Positions 36,401 through 46,502 of a stretch of DNA of 64,000 nucleotides are shown here, piece after piece (positions within the stretch are counted from its first letter, which is position 1; every line of letters begins with the position of its first letter). The notes under the pieces are model-generated. The model was given only the letters and a program-made list of their open reading frames with translations, was not told where the DNA came from and did not search any database. This DNA is from an uncultured delta proteobacterium (GTDB lineage: Bacteria; Desulfobacterota; BSN033; UBA1163), in the NCBI GenBank assembly GCA_963827685.1, contig CAWHBU010000007.1, positions 1 through 64,000 on the forward strand. The letters are read 5' to 3'. A program made the translations under genes and the position numbers.

Positions 36401-36474
36401 GATTGCATTCCGGCAATGCCCGCTCCCACTACCAACGCTGAACCTTTATTCCCTCTGATCTTTTCCTGTGCCAT
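33442..36474 (-). CDS. hdrA: Large HdrA-like protein with two FAD modules
   Basis: Two GxGxxG and QCVGSRD..CS..CC modules; ferredoxin inserts. Confidence 0.88.
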   Translation of the reverse strand: MAQEKIRGNKGSALVVGAGIAGMQSALLLAEMGTKVFLLEQGPAIGGYFPLLDKTFPTNSCGVCFMSPTPPAFCPIYECHLHDNIELLPYSEVVKVEGKEGDFNVSVVRKPRFVDPKRCTLCEACIKVCPVEVEREFGGGLEKRKAIYLPYPQAIPHSFVIDPKTCTRCGECVKVCSPGAIDLDMKEEQEKIEVGAIVLGFGFEPFIAQRKGEYGFGRYENVLTSIQFERLLSTSSPTQGLPTRVSDGKKMEKVAFIQCVGSRDPSCGQNHCSTICCMYATKQAMIAKDRAPGLGVTFFYMDIRPMGKDYERYYERAKTDYGIEYIRSAISSIKEVQQTKNLLITYVKEDGTFEEREFDAVVLSVGFTPPQAIKDLAGRMGLQLNQQGFCQTDEFSPAQTSVKGVFVAGAFRGPRDIPETVVEGSSAAASAASFLAPNRLPQLPKEYPAEGALGDEIPKIGVFLCHCGEELKKSLSISDLINGTRQLREVVHVEEVGLACLPEDLDLIKKRIGEQGLNRIVIAGCSHREIRGAMEEMAKGMGFNPYLIEYANIREQCAFVHEDYPKLATEKAMALIRTGVERARRSQPIRRGKQKIDKKGLVVGGGLAGMTASLQLAQQGYEIYLIEKEKELGGNLRKSFYTLKGSNPQDLLNKLMKQVETNESIHLYSEAEVLGFEKKNGHYRTKIRHQNEEKIFDHGALILATGGKEVTPKEYLYGEDSRVLTQRQLERMIHSNDQGLKDIHSVVMIQCVGSRDEEHPYCSRVCCGHAVKNALRLKENNPDMNIYVLYRDVRTYGFYETYYHEARAKGVIFVRYDLENKPKVTLQGKNLQVSLLDPAMNGPITLSADRIILSTGIEPNEHRELARIFDVDLNPDGFFMEANPKSAPLDSVDRGKFFCGLCHSPNFIEDAISQGNAAAARAGALLSKEAVEEKPYQAYVIKRLCCGCGLCVTVCPYGARVLNEEEGKAEVIGSLCQGCGSCVIACRNAASQQRNFEKDLNLAALDAVID

Positions 36475-36555
36475 TGTTATCCTTTCAAATCCCCCCCTGC
36501 CTACCGGCAGGCAGGTAACCCCCCTTTTCTAAAGGGGGAGCGAAGGGGGATTATT

Positions 36556-37401
36556 TTAAGCCAGTCCCGATGACTTCAGCAATCCCTTCGGGGAGACCAA
36601 ATGTCTCTTCCACCAGTTCTCTCTCCTTTCAACATCAAAGGCAACTCCCATCAATTCCGTGAAGTAAAAAATGGGAAGACCAATGTCCTGCCTCATCTCC
36701 AGGTTCATCTGGCAAAGGCCGCAAGAGGTGGTGATGCATTGAGCCCCCGCTTCCTTCGCCATCGAGACAATCTTCCCCACCATCTTTTTGACCACCTTGC
36801 CATAAGTCATCGCCAAGTCTGCACCGCAACAATCAACTTTATAAGACCATTCAACCGGCTCCGCACCCAGGGCCTTTATCAACCGATCCAAATATTGAGG
36901 ATTCTCCGGATCATCCAATTGAGTAATTTTGGGATGCCGAACCAGAGCGCATCCATAATAACAGGCAACCTTCAACCCCTTTAAAGGCTTCTTCACCTTT
37001 TCCTGGACTTTTTCCAAGCCAATTCGATTCAGGATGACATCCATGAGAGCTAAAATCTCAAGAGAAGGCTGGTAGGTAAATCCAACGATCTCTTCAATCT
37101 CCTTTCGCTCCGCCTCGTCATTCTTAAGGACATGCTCAGTCCTTTTCAGATAGCTGAAACACCCGGCACAGGGGACGACCAGAGGCCCTGCCTGCGCAGA
37201 CTGCGCTTTGGAGATATTCCTGGCCGGAAGACAGAGAGAAAGGAGACGATTGAGACTATGAGTCGCTGCAGCTCCGCAACAGTTCCAGTCCTCGATCTCT
37301 ACCAACTCCACCCCCAGGGTCTTAAAGACCTCGTGGGTCGATAACCCATATTCTAAAGATGAAGAGTGATCCGTACAACCTGGAAAATAAGAGAATTTCA
37401 T
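36556..37401 (-). CDS. hdrB: Heterodisulfide reductase subunit B
   Basis: YFPGC, WNCCG, YYGC, DCCG, CGLC CCG motifs. Confidence 0.9.
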   Translation of the reverse strand: MKFSYFPGCTDHSSSLEYGLSTHEVFKTLGVELVEIEDWNCCGAAATHSLNRLLSLCLPARNISKAQSAQAGPLVVPCAGCFSYLKRTEHVLKNDEAERKEIEEIVGFTYQPSLEILALMDVILNRIGLEKVQEKVKKPLKGLKVACYYGCALVRHPKITQLDDPENPQYLDRLIKALGAEPVEWSYKVDCCGADLAMTYGKVVKKMVGKIVSMAKEAGAQCITTSCGLCQMNLEMRQDIGLPIFYFTELMGVAFDVERRENWWKRHLVSPKGLLKSSGLA

Positions 37402-37492
37402 TCTAAGCCTCCGACATGCCGAATAAAGCGAATGGCAACGAATGGGGCGAATAAATCGAATTCGGTAGATTCGCTATCATTCGAGTAATTTG

Positions 37493-38053
37493 TTATTTTT
37501 CTTTTGTGCATTTCTCGAAAATCTTTTTGATCTCTTCCTTCCCCTTGATGAAACTGGGAAGCAAAGGAAATTTACCCTTTAAAAAGAGGATCATGCCAGG
37601 AAAAAGAGAATCTGCCATTAAGTCTCTGCTCCTGAGCATGTACTCCATCAACATGGTCACCTCATGAGCTCTTCCCCCTCTTCGGACGCTCTGGATAAAA
37701 GCCTCATGGAAAAGATGAATATTCTTCTCTTTTGCCGGAACCCCCTCTTCAACGGCCATCTCTCTCAAGGCATCCATGAGGATCCCGATGTGGATCTCAT
37801 TCGGACAACGGGTTCCACAAGTCTGACAGTAGACGCAAAGCCAGATAGCGCTGCTTCCCAGAACCTCTTTTTTCATCCCCATCTGGATCATCCGAATGAT
37901 ATTGTTGGGTCGAATATCCATATAGGGTGCAGTGGGGCAACCTGCCGTACATTTAAGGCATTGGTAACAGAGACTGAGGTTCTCCCCGCTCTTCTTCTCG
38001 ACTTCCTTCAAAAAAGAGGAATCAACTTTCCCTGCACTGGTTATGGTCTCCAA
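37493..38053 (-). CDS. hdrC: Heterodisulfide reductase subunit C
   Basis: CYQCLKCTAGCP; WLCVYCQTCGTRCP. Confidence 0.9.
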   Translation of the reverse strand: METITSAGKVDSSFLKEVEKKSGENLSLCYQCLKCTAGCPTAPYMDIRPNNIIRMIQMGMKKEVLGSSAIWLCVYCQTCGTRCPNEIHIGILMDALREMAVEEGVPAKEKNIHLFHEAFIQSVRRGGRAHEVTMLMEYMLRSRDLMADSLFPGMILFLKGKFPLLPSFIKGKEEIKKIFEKCTKEK

Positions 38054-38122
38054 TTTCTTCTCCTCTCTAATTATAAAAGATACTCAGCCTACCCACTACA
38101 GGCCGGGGCTTAAGGTTCCACA

Positions 38123-40075
38123 CTATGTAACAAATGTATCTACCATTTTCAATATCTGGTTAGAAGCGCTATTTCGTAACTCGCACGCAAAGTTGGGACA
38201 AGCAGCAATGCAGGCCCCACATCCCTGACAGAGGGCGCTGTGAACGATTGAAATCCCGCGATGGGGGTCCATCTCCCTTGCTTCATAGGGACAGATTTCT
38301 ACGCAGATCCCACATCCACTGCAAATTCCTTCGTCGACAAAAGCGATGAGGGGGTCCTGAAGAAGTTTGTCTGTGGAAAGCAATGCCTGAATTTTACTGG
38401 CTGTGGCCGAGGCCTGAGAGACCGTGTCTGAAATATCTTTTGGACTCTGGCCGCAACCGGCAAGGTAGATTCCTTTCGTCGAACTCTCCACTGGGTAGAG
38501 TTTGATATGGGCCTCCGTCAAAAAACCATGTCGATCCACGGTGGCCCTCAGTTTAGCTGCCAAATCTTTTACTCCATGGCTCGGGACAATAGCCGTTGCC
38601 AGGACGACCATATCGGCTGCCACTTCAACCATTTTTCCCGTCAACGTATCCACTCCTAACACCCTAACTTTTCCATCGTCCTGAAAAACCCTGGAGACAC
38701 GGCCTCTGAGATAGAGAAGCCCCTTCTCCTCAATAGTCTTTTGAAGGAACTCCTCATATCCTTTGCAGTCTGAGCGGATATCCATATAAAAGACGTACGG
38801 CTGCCCGTCCGGAACCTGTTCCTTATAAATTTTTGCATGCTTGGCCGTATACATGCAGCAGATTCGAGAGCAGTAGGGCATGTATCGGTCTGGATCCCTT
38901 GAAGCCACACACTGGATAAAGACCATCTCCTTCGGTACTTTCCCATCGGAGGGTCGAATGATTTTCCCTTTTGTCGGACCATTGGGTGAAAGCATCCGTT
39001 CAAAAGCAAGTCCATCAATCACATCAGGGATTTCGCCGTATCCATACTCCCCTAATTGTTCCTTGGGATAGAGTTCGTATCCTGTAGCGACCACAACGGC
39101 TCCTACCTTTTCTGAAACCCTTAGGTCTTCCTGTTTATAATCGATGGCCCTTTCAGGACAGACTTCTTGGCACCGATGACAACTTCCATCCAAGAAATAT
39201 CGGCAATGTTGACGGTTGATCAGCGTCTTGTTTGGAACACTCCCGGGATAGAGCGTATCGATCGCTTTTCGTATCCCCATCCCTCTCTCAAATTCTGAAA
39301 TATATTCCACGGGGCAGTTTTCTATACAAAGGCCGCATCCGTTGCACCTTTCTCCATCCACCGAAGTTGCCTTTTGCCGAATGATGAGATCGAAATTCCC
39401 CAGATAGCCTTTCACATCTTCCAGTTCGGAATAACAGTGGAGTTGGATCTTCGGATGTCTTTCCACCTCCGATGCCTTTGAGAGGAGACCGCTGGAAGCA
39501 GGATCGAGATCTGGGAAAGTCCTTGATAATTGCGCCATGTGGCCTCCCAGGGCAGGCTCTCTTTCCAGAAGAATGACTTCATACCCTCCTTCGGCCAGAT
39601 CAAGAGAGGCGGTGATTCCAGCGATCCCGCCGCCGACCACCAATACCCTTCTGTTAATTGCCACGGCAATGGCCTCCAGCGATTCATTCCTTCTCACCTT
39701 TTCGAGGGTGCCCTGGATGATCTCTTCTGCCTTTCGAGTTGCCTCTTCTTTTTCTTTCTGATGCACCCAACTGCACTGCTCCCGAATATTGGCAATCTCG
39801 CAGAGATAAGGATTCATCCCTTGGGACTTGACCGCCTTTCGAAATGTATTCTCATGCATGTTGGGTGAACAACAGGCCACGACCACTCCATCCAAACCTT
39901 TTTCGCGAACCGCCTCCCGGATGATCTGCTGCCCCGGTTCGGAGCACATATAGATGTAATCGGTGCTGTGGGCGACGTCTTCCATCTTGCCTATTTTTTC
40001 AGCAACCGACTTCACGTCCACAGTCCCGGCAATATTAACTCCACAATGACAGATAAAAACACCCAGCTTTTTCAT
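38123..40075 (-). CDS. hdrA: Heterodisulfide reductase subunit A
   Basis: GVFICHCGVNIAG, ACCSP, NIREQCSWVH, CSRICCMYTAK, C-terminal ferredoxin. Confidence 0.92.
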   Translation of the reverse strand: MKKLGVFICHCGVNIAGTVDVKSVAEKIGKMEDVAHSTDYIYMCSEPGQQIIREAVREKGLDGVVVACCSPNMHENTFRKAVKSQGMNPYLCEIANIREQCSWVHQKEKEEATRKAEEIIQGTLEKVRRNESLEAIAVAINRRVLVVGGGIAGITASLDLAEGGYEVILLEREPALGGHMAQLSRTFPDLDPASSGLLSKASEVERHPKIQLHCYSELEDVKGYLGNFDLIIRQKATSVDGERCNGCGLCIENCPVEYISEFERGMGIRKAIDTLYPGSVPNKTLINRQHCRYFLDGSCHRCQEVCPERAIDYKQEDLRVSEKVGAVVVATGYELYPKEQLGEYGYGEIPDVIDGLAFERMLSPNGPTKGKIIRPSDGKVPKEMVFIQCVASRDPDRYMPYCSRICCMYTAKHAKIYKEQVPDGQPYVFYMDIRSDCKGYEEFLQKTIEEKGLLYLRGRVSRVFQDDGKVRVLGVDTLTGKMVEVAADMVVLATAIVPSHGVKDLAAKLRATVDRHGFLTEAHIKLYPVESSTKGIYLAGCGQSPKDISDTVSQASATASKIQALLSTDKLLQDPLIAFVDEGICSGCGICVEICPYEAREMDPHRGISIVHSALCQGCGACIAACPNFACELRNSASNQILKMVDTFVT

Positions 40076-40162
40076 ATCCGTGATTCGTGTTGGCGATTGG
40101 TGAATAGTAAGACCCTTTCATTTTCTTCACGAGTCACGATTCACCCGTCACGCGTCACACGT

Positions 40163-41473
40163 TTAATGTCTTGCAAACAATCCCTGGACTTTGCTCGCTG
40201 CTGCATTGGCATGGGCCACTGCATCAGCAATATCTTTCGGCCCCTGCGCACACCCTGCAATATAAATTCCTTCAATATCCGTCTCAACAGGCCTTAATTT
40301 TCTCTGGGCTTCTGTTAAGAATCCATATTCATCTGTCTTGATACCCAGCTTGCCTGCGAGATCCTTTGTATTCTTCTGGGAAACGATCGCTGTTGCCAAG
40401 ACCACCATATCCGCAGCCACCTCCACTTTTTTCCCTATCAAGGTGTCCACCCCCCAGACAATAACCTTTTCTCCATCTCGAAAGATCCGTGAAACCCTTC
40501 CCCTCAAATAGAGGATCCCCTCTTCCTCCATTCCTTGCTGGATGAACTCTTCGTATCCTTTTCCTGTGGAGCGGATATCCATATAGAAAATATAGGCCTG
40601 TCCATCGTGGACCTTATGTTTGTAAAGCCGGGCATGCTTGGCCGTGTACATACAGCAAACCCGTGAGCAGTAAGGCATATAACGTTCAGGATCTCTCGAT
40701 CCCGTGCATTGAATGAAAACAACTTCTTTCGGAATTTTTCCGTCTGAAGGCCTCCGAATCTCACCCGTGGTCGGTCCGGATGCAGAATTGAGCCTTTCAA
40801 AGGCAAGGCCATCGATCACATCCGGGACTTCACCATATCCGTATTCGCCAAAACTCTCCTTAGGGATCAGATCAAATCCCACGGCAGTGATAATCGCTCC
40901 TACGCTTTCTTTGACAAAACGGTCCTGCTGTTCGTAGTCAATCGCTCCAACCGGACAGATTTTCTCACACACCCTACATTTCTTTTCCTTAAAATATCGG
41001 CAGTGAGAAGGGTCGATGACAGGTTTATTGGGAACGGCCTGGGGCGATAGAGTATAGATGGCCTTCTCTAACCCCATGCCCCGATCAAATTCAGATGGAT
41101 TTTTAGAGGGGCATTTCTGCTGGCAGAGGCCGCAGCCCGTGCATTTCTCCCAATCGACATAACCCGCCTTCTTCCGAACCGTCACTACGAAATTTCCAGC
41201 CTTTCCTTCAACCCGCTCCACTTCTGAATAGGTGAGGAGTTTGATACGAGGATGCTGACCTGTCTCCACCGTTTTCGGAGTTAACGTGCACTGTGCACAA
41301 TCGAGCGTGGGAAAGGTTTCAGAAAGCTGAAGCATCCGGCCTCCGATGGAGGGAAGCTTCTCCACCAGGACCACTTCATACCCCCCATTTCCCAGATCAA
41401 TCGATGCAGAAATTCCTGCAATCCCTCCGCCGATCACCATCGCCTTTTTTATGAAGCCTCCGTTATCTCCCAT
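40163..41473 (-). CDS. hdrA: HdrA-like core lacking the N- and C-terminal Fe-S domains
   Basis: GGGIAG, TFPTLDCAQC, CSRVCCMYTAK. Confidence 0.88.
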   Translation of the reverse strand: MGDNGGFIKKAMVIGGGIAGISASIDLGNGGYEVVLVEKLPSIGGRMLQLSETFPTLDCAQCTLTPKTVETGQHPRIKLLTYSEVERVEGKAGNFVVTVRKKAGYVDWEKCTGCGLCQQKCPSKNPSEFDRGMGLEKAIYTLSPQAVPNKPVIDPSHCRYFKEKKCRVCEKICPVGAIDYEQQDRFVKESVGAIITAVGFDLIPKESFGEYGYGEVPDVIDGLAFERLNSASGPTTGEIRRPSDGKIPKEVVFIQCTGSRDPERYMPYCSRVCCMYTAKHARLYKHKVHDGQAYIFYMDIRSTGKGYEEFIQQGMEEEGILYLRGRVSRIFRDGEKVIVWGVDTLIGKKVEVAADMVVLATAIVSQKNTKDLAGKLGIKTDEYGFLTEAQRKLRPVETDIEGIYIAGCAQGPKDIADAVAHANAAASKVQGLFARH

Positions 41474-42343
41474 CTATAGCAGCCCTTTCTCCTTTAAGAG
41501 CGGTAAAGGATCGACGGCATTTTGCTCAAACCCCAGGGTTTGGTAATCGAGTCCCATCGAGATCCCGAGCAATTGGGTAAAATAAAATACCGGGATCGGT
41601 TTGAAATCTAAATACTTCTGTTTGATATCCGACTGCTTGTGATCGATGTTGAAGGTACACATCGGACATGTGGAAACCATCGCCTCAGCCCCGTTCTTGA
41701 TGGCCGAGCCAAGAATTTTATAGGCACATTCTGTGGCTACATCAGGTGAGCCGACCGATTGGAAGGACCCGCAGCACTCGATCTTATAGGGAAACTCAGT
41801 GCTCTGAGCCCCCAGGGCCTCTAAAAATTCCTCAAAAAGAGTGGGCTTCTCCTTATCGTCAAACCCCATCTCTTCAAACGGTCGAAGGAGCATACATCCA
41901 TAATAGGCGGCTGCTTTGAGCCCTGTTAAGGGTTTCTTCACTCTTACTTTGAGTTGAGAAAACCCGATCTCTTGTTTCAGAATCTCCAAGTAGTGGAGGA
42001 TTTTGAGATCTCCCTGATAATTCTTTTCAATAAAATTGTTGATCTTATCCCTCTTCTCCCCATCCTCCTGAATCAACCGGTTCGTCCTTTTGATCACATT
42101 GAAGCAGATGGCGCAGAGGGTGGTCAGGGCGGTCCCTTCCTCTCTCGCTGTCGCCAGAATTCGTGACGGCGGGAGAAGAGCCATGATGTTATCTGTGGCC
42201 AAAGGAAAGGTGGCTCCACAGCAGATCCAATTCTTGAGTTCCCTTAATTCAAATCCAAGAAGAAGGGAACAGTCCCGGGCCGTCTGATCAAAATTCTTCG
42301 CCTTGGTATAAAGGGTACATCCTGGAAAATAAAGATAATCCAT
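41474..42343 (-). CDS. hdrB: Heterodisulfide reductase subunit B
   Basis: Start MDYLYFPGC at 42343; WICCG, ECCG, CPMC. Confidence 0.9.
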   Translation of the reverse strand: MDYLYFPGCTLYTKAKNFDQTARDCSLLLGFELRELKNWICCGATFPLATDNIMALLPPSRILATAREEGTALTTLCAICFNVIKRTNRLIQEDGEKRDKINNFIEKNYQGDLKILHYLEILKQEIGFSQLKVRVKKPLTGLKAAAYYGCMLLRPFEEMGFDDKEKPTLFEEFLEALGAQSTEFPYKIECCGSFQSVGSPDVATECAYKILGSAIKNGAEAMVSTCPMCTFNIDHKQSDIKQKYLDFKPIPVFYFTQLLGISMGLDYQTLGFEQNAVDPLPLLKEKGLL

Positions 42344-42361
42344 TTTAATCTCCGCAATAAT

Positions 42362-42452
42362 TTCCCCCTCCCCCTTGATGGGGGAGGGTGCGGGTGGGGG
42401 TGAATACTTATGCCCCCTCCCCTTCATCCCCTCCCGCCAGGGGAGGGGAGAT
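42362..42452. repeat. Palindromic REP-like pair (CCCTCCCC..GGGGAGGG)
   Basis: Same family as the core of 7085-7190. Confidence 0.65.
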
Positions 42453-42463
42453 TTTTCGAGGCA

Positions 42464-42877
42464 TTACGAAAGAAACTTTCTAAATCCACTGACAAAGGCA
42501 ATCTGGGGAACCTTTTCCAAAAATCCCTCTGGAAATTCAGGGATCTGAATATGATCCTTTCTCTCTTTCTTTCTCAGTACCACCACCCTCAACGCATCCA
42601 TCACCCTGGCAATATCGATCCCTTTCGGGCACCTCGATGTACATTGAAGGCAGGAGGCACAGAGCCAGAAGGTATTGACTCCCAGAGCCTCCTCTTCCAG
42701 GCCCAGCAGTGTGTATCGGATGACTTCGTGAGGACCAACCTCCATGGCGAAGGCAACCGGGCATCCAGCCGTGCAATTCCCGCACTGGTAACAGGCAAAC
42801 AGATTTTGCCCGCTGATCAGCTCCACTTTCTTCGAAAATTCATTGTGAACCTTCTGTCTCGTCAGTTCGATCTTCAT
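42464..42877 (-). CDS. hdrC: Heterodisulfide reductase subunit C (short)
   Basis: CYQCGNCTAGCP; WLCASCLQCTSRCP. Confidence 0.9.
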   Translation of the reverse strand: MKIELTRQKVHNEFSKKVELISGQNLFACYQCGNCTAGCPVAFAMEVGPHEVIRYTLLGLEEEALGVNTFWLCASCLQCTSRCPKGIDIARVMDALRVVVLRKKERKDHIQIPEFPEGFLEKVPQIAFVSGFRKFLS

Positions 42878-42895
42878 GATTCCCCTCATCGTCTT

Positions 42896-43807
42896 TCATA
42901 TAAGCGTGGCAATCACATACCCGATCGCCAAAAGGGCCTGTGTTCCAAGAATCGTAATCACATTCGCTCCCAATATCGGAACCAGCTTTTCGGTGTTATC
43001 GTAGTATTTCAATGCTCCCCTTGCTGCCTTCCATCCAAAACCCATCGTTCCCAGACCGATGAGTGTCACCACAGGCATCATCTTCGTAATAACCCCCGCA
43101 AGGATACAGAGATACGAGGCGGTAAGCAAAGCCACAAAGAGATAACTCGCATCCTTCTTCCCAAGGGAAATGACAAAATGCTTCCTTCCTCCTTTTTGGT
43201 CCGCCTGCCAGTCCGGGAACTCGTTTAGAAAAAGGAGATTCGATGTCAGTATCCCCGGCGCGAGGGAGGCAAACAATGTCTCCCAGCTGTATCTTCCTGT
43301 CTGCACATAATAGGAGCCCAGGACGAGTAAAGGCCCGAAGCTTAGGCCTGCAAAAATTTCGCCCATAAACCATTTGGAAAGGTAAACATTGTAAAAATAG
43401 GCAGCGAATCCGGCCAGGAGAAGAAGAGGAAAAAGAAGCCAGCCCTTCAGCATCACAAAATAGAATCCAATCACCATGGCGATGAGCAAACAGATGGTTC
43501 CGAACCAGAAGGCCTGTTTGGGCTTCAAAAGATTCAAAGGGAGCACACCGCTCCCTCCGCTGAAAGGAGTCCTTTGAGTGTTTAGATCAATCCCATCGAC
43601 ATAGTCGTGGTAATCATTGATGATGTTGACGGTCATGTGGACAAGGATGGAGCCGAACATGGCCAGGAGAAAATGACCCAAATGGAAATAGCCTTCATAG
43701 GCAGCAATGGCTGTCCCCAAAGAAACCAGGATGATTGTGAGAGGTAAAAATTGGAAACGAGGAAGCATCAGCCATGCCTTCAAGGAACCCGGATTGACTC
43801 TCTCCAT
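42896..43807 (-). CDS. menA: MenA-like (UbiA family) prenyltransferase
   Basis: NDYHDYVDGID; NEFPD..AD..GG; multiple TMs. Confidence 0.8.
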   Translation of the reverse strand: MERVNPGSLKAWLMLPRFQFLPLTIILVSLGTAIAAYEGYFHLGHFLLAMFGSILVHMTVNIINDYHDYVDGIDLNTQRTPFSGGSGVLPLNLLKPKQAFWFGTICLLIAMVIGFYFVMLKGWLLFPLLLLAGFAAYFYNVYLSKWFMGEIFAGLSFGPLLVLGSYYVQTGRYSWETLFASLAPGILTSNLLFLNEFPDWQADQKGGRKHFVISLGKKDASYLFVALLTASYLCILAGVITKMMPVVTLIGLGTMGFGWKAARGALKYYDNTEKLVPILGANVITILGTQALLAIGYVIATLI

Positions 43808-43876
43808 GATTCAAACCTCCAAACTCAAAATCAGGTTGAGCTTAAGAAAATGTTGTCCTTAACCTGAACCTTGACC

Positions 43877-44434
43877 TTAACCTTTCCGATACTTCTTCTC
43901 CCCTTCAATATAGAGGTCATTCCCCCTGACATCATTGACGACAATCACCGGAAGGTCTTCGACCTCTAATCTTCGGATCGCTTCCGGTCCCAGATCCTCA
44001 TAGGCCACTATCTCAGCCTTCTTCACCCGTTTGGCCAGAAGTGCCCCCGCCCCTCCCGTGGCAGCAAAATAGACTGCCTTATGTTTTTTCATCGCCTCTT
44101 TCACCGCATTGGACCTCATTCCCTTCCCAATCATTCCTTTCAACCCTCTCTCAATTAAAGAGGGAGAGTAGGCATCCATACGATAACTGGTCGTGGGACC
44201 CGCTGATCCAAAGACCTGCCCCGGTTTGGCAGGTGTGGGACCCACATAATAGATGATCTGACCTTTGATATCAAAGGGAAGGTTTTTCCCCTCTCTTAAT
44301 AGATCAAAAAGCCGTTTATGGGCAGCGTCTCTTCCTGTATAGATGATTCCGTTGATCAGGATGCGATCACCTATTCTTAGTTTTTCCACATCCTCATCGC
44401 TTAGAGGCGGTTTCAATCGTATCGGTTGATTCAT
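43877..44434 (-). CDS. Class I fumarate hydratase beta subunit
   Basis: TGRDAAH, GPTTSYRMD, IGKG, LGPEAI. Confidence 0.9.
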   Translation of the reverse strand: MNQPIRLKPPLSDEDVEKLRIGDRILINGIIYTGRDAAHKRLFDLLREGKNLPFDIKGQIIYYVGPTPAKPGQVFGSAGPTTSYRMDAYSPSLIERGLKGMIGKGMRSNAVKEAMKKHKAVYFAATGGAGALLAKRVKKAEIVAYEDLGPEAIRRLEVEDLPVIVVNDVRGNDLYIEGEKKYRKG

Positions 44435-44454
44435 CTCACCTCCAGTTCAGACAA

Positions 44455-44560
44455 ATCGACACGGAGACACGGTGATAGGGTGACACGGTGATAACATGAC
44501 GCGGTGACACAGTGTTTTTCTCCTTGTCTCCGAGTCTCAGCGTCTCCGTGTCATACATTC
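44455..44560. repeat. Inverted 8-mer tandem array
   Basis: (ACGGTGAC)n opposite (GTCTCCGT)n. Confidence 0.7.
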
Positions 44561-44579
44561 TCGACATCTCCTCATCTCT

Positions 44580-45419
44580 TTATATTATGGTTTCCTTGTG
44601 CCTCTGTGCATGGCACTGGATGTTCACTGCCAAGGGGAAACTGGCGATATGACACGGCATCATTAAAATGTGAACAGCCAATGAAGTGGTCCGTCCTCCT
44701 AATCCCTGAGGCCCAATACCAAGCTTATTGATCGCAGTCAGGATCTCCGATTCCAACTGATCCAATTCCGGATCCGGATTTCTGCTTCCCAAAGATCTGA
44801 GCAAGCTCTTCTTCGCAAGGAGCGCAGCTTGCTCAAAGGTTCCTCCAATCCCGACTCCGACTATGGTTGGAGGACAGGGATTCGATCCTGATTCTTTCAC
44901 TCTCTGAACCACAAAACGCTTGATGCCATCGACCCCATCCGATGGGGTGAGCATCGTTACGCGGCTCATATTCTCACTGCCACCCCCTTTGGGGGCTACC
45001 GTAATCTTAACTTTATCTCCGGGAACCACTTCTGTATGGATGATCGCAGGCGTATTGTCTCCTGTATTGGCTCGGGTGAAAGGATGACAAATAGACTTTC
45101 TTAAATACCCATCCCGGTATCCTTGGCGAACACCCTCCTGGATGGCCTCAGTCAGATTTCCCCCAGTCAGATGAACATCCTGCCCCAATTCTACAAATAC
45201 CACTGCAAACCCTGTATCCTGGCAAATCGGGACACTCTCTTCTTTTGCAATTCGGGCATTCTCCTTTAATTCCTTTAATATCTCCACCCCCAGAGAAGAT
45301 TCTTCTTCCTGCATCGCCCGATCAAAGGCCTGAAGGACATCCTCTCCAAGATCGGTGTTGGCCTTCATGCAAAGGTCTCTTACCTTCTCCGTGATCAACT
45401 TCACATTGATCTCTCGCAT
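44580..45419 (-). CDS. Class I fumarate hydratase alpha subunit
   Basis: PICQDTG, KGGGSEN, NPCPP, GPQGLGG. Confidence 0.9.
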   Translation of the reverse strand: MREINVKLITEKVRDLCMKANTDLGEDVLQAFDRAMQEEESSLGVEILKELKENARIAKEESVPICQDTGFAVVFVELGQDVHLTGGNLTEAIQEGVRQGYRDGYLRKSICHPFTRANTGDNTPAIIHTEVVPGDKVKITVAPKGGGSENMSRVTMLTPSDGVDGIKRFVVQRVKESGSNPCPPTIVGVGIGGTFEQAALLAKKSLLRSLGSRNPDPELDQLESEILTAINKLGIGPQGLGGRTTSLAVHILMMPCHIASFPLAVNIQCHAQRHKETII

Positions 45420-45476
45420 ATCTTTTTACCTTTTTATCTTGAACAATTCATAATTCTAAACTCTCAACTCATAACT

Positions 45477-46472
<996 letters not shown>

Positions 46473-46502
46473 CTACTCCTCTCAAATATACGATTTCCTA
46501 GT

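Noticed and set aside
32888-41473. Selenocysteine recoding in MvhD/HdrA
   Set aside because: The ORFs are uninterrupted and have Cys or other residues at the usual positions.
42344-42427. N-terminal extensions of ORF calls (hdrB; similarly aspS, tyrS and the NtrC gene)
   Set aside because: They are translations of intergenic repeats; better starts lie downstream.
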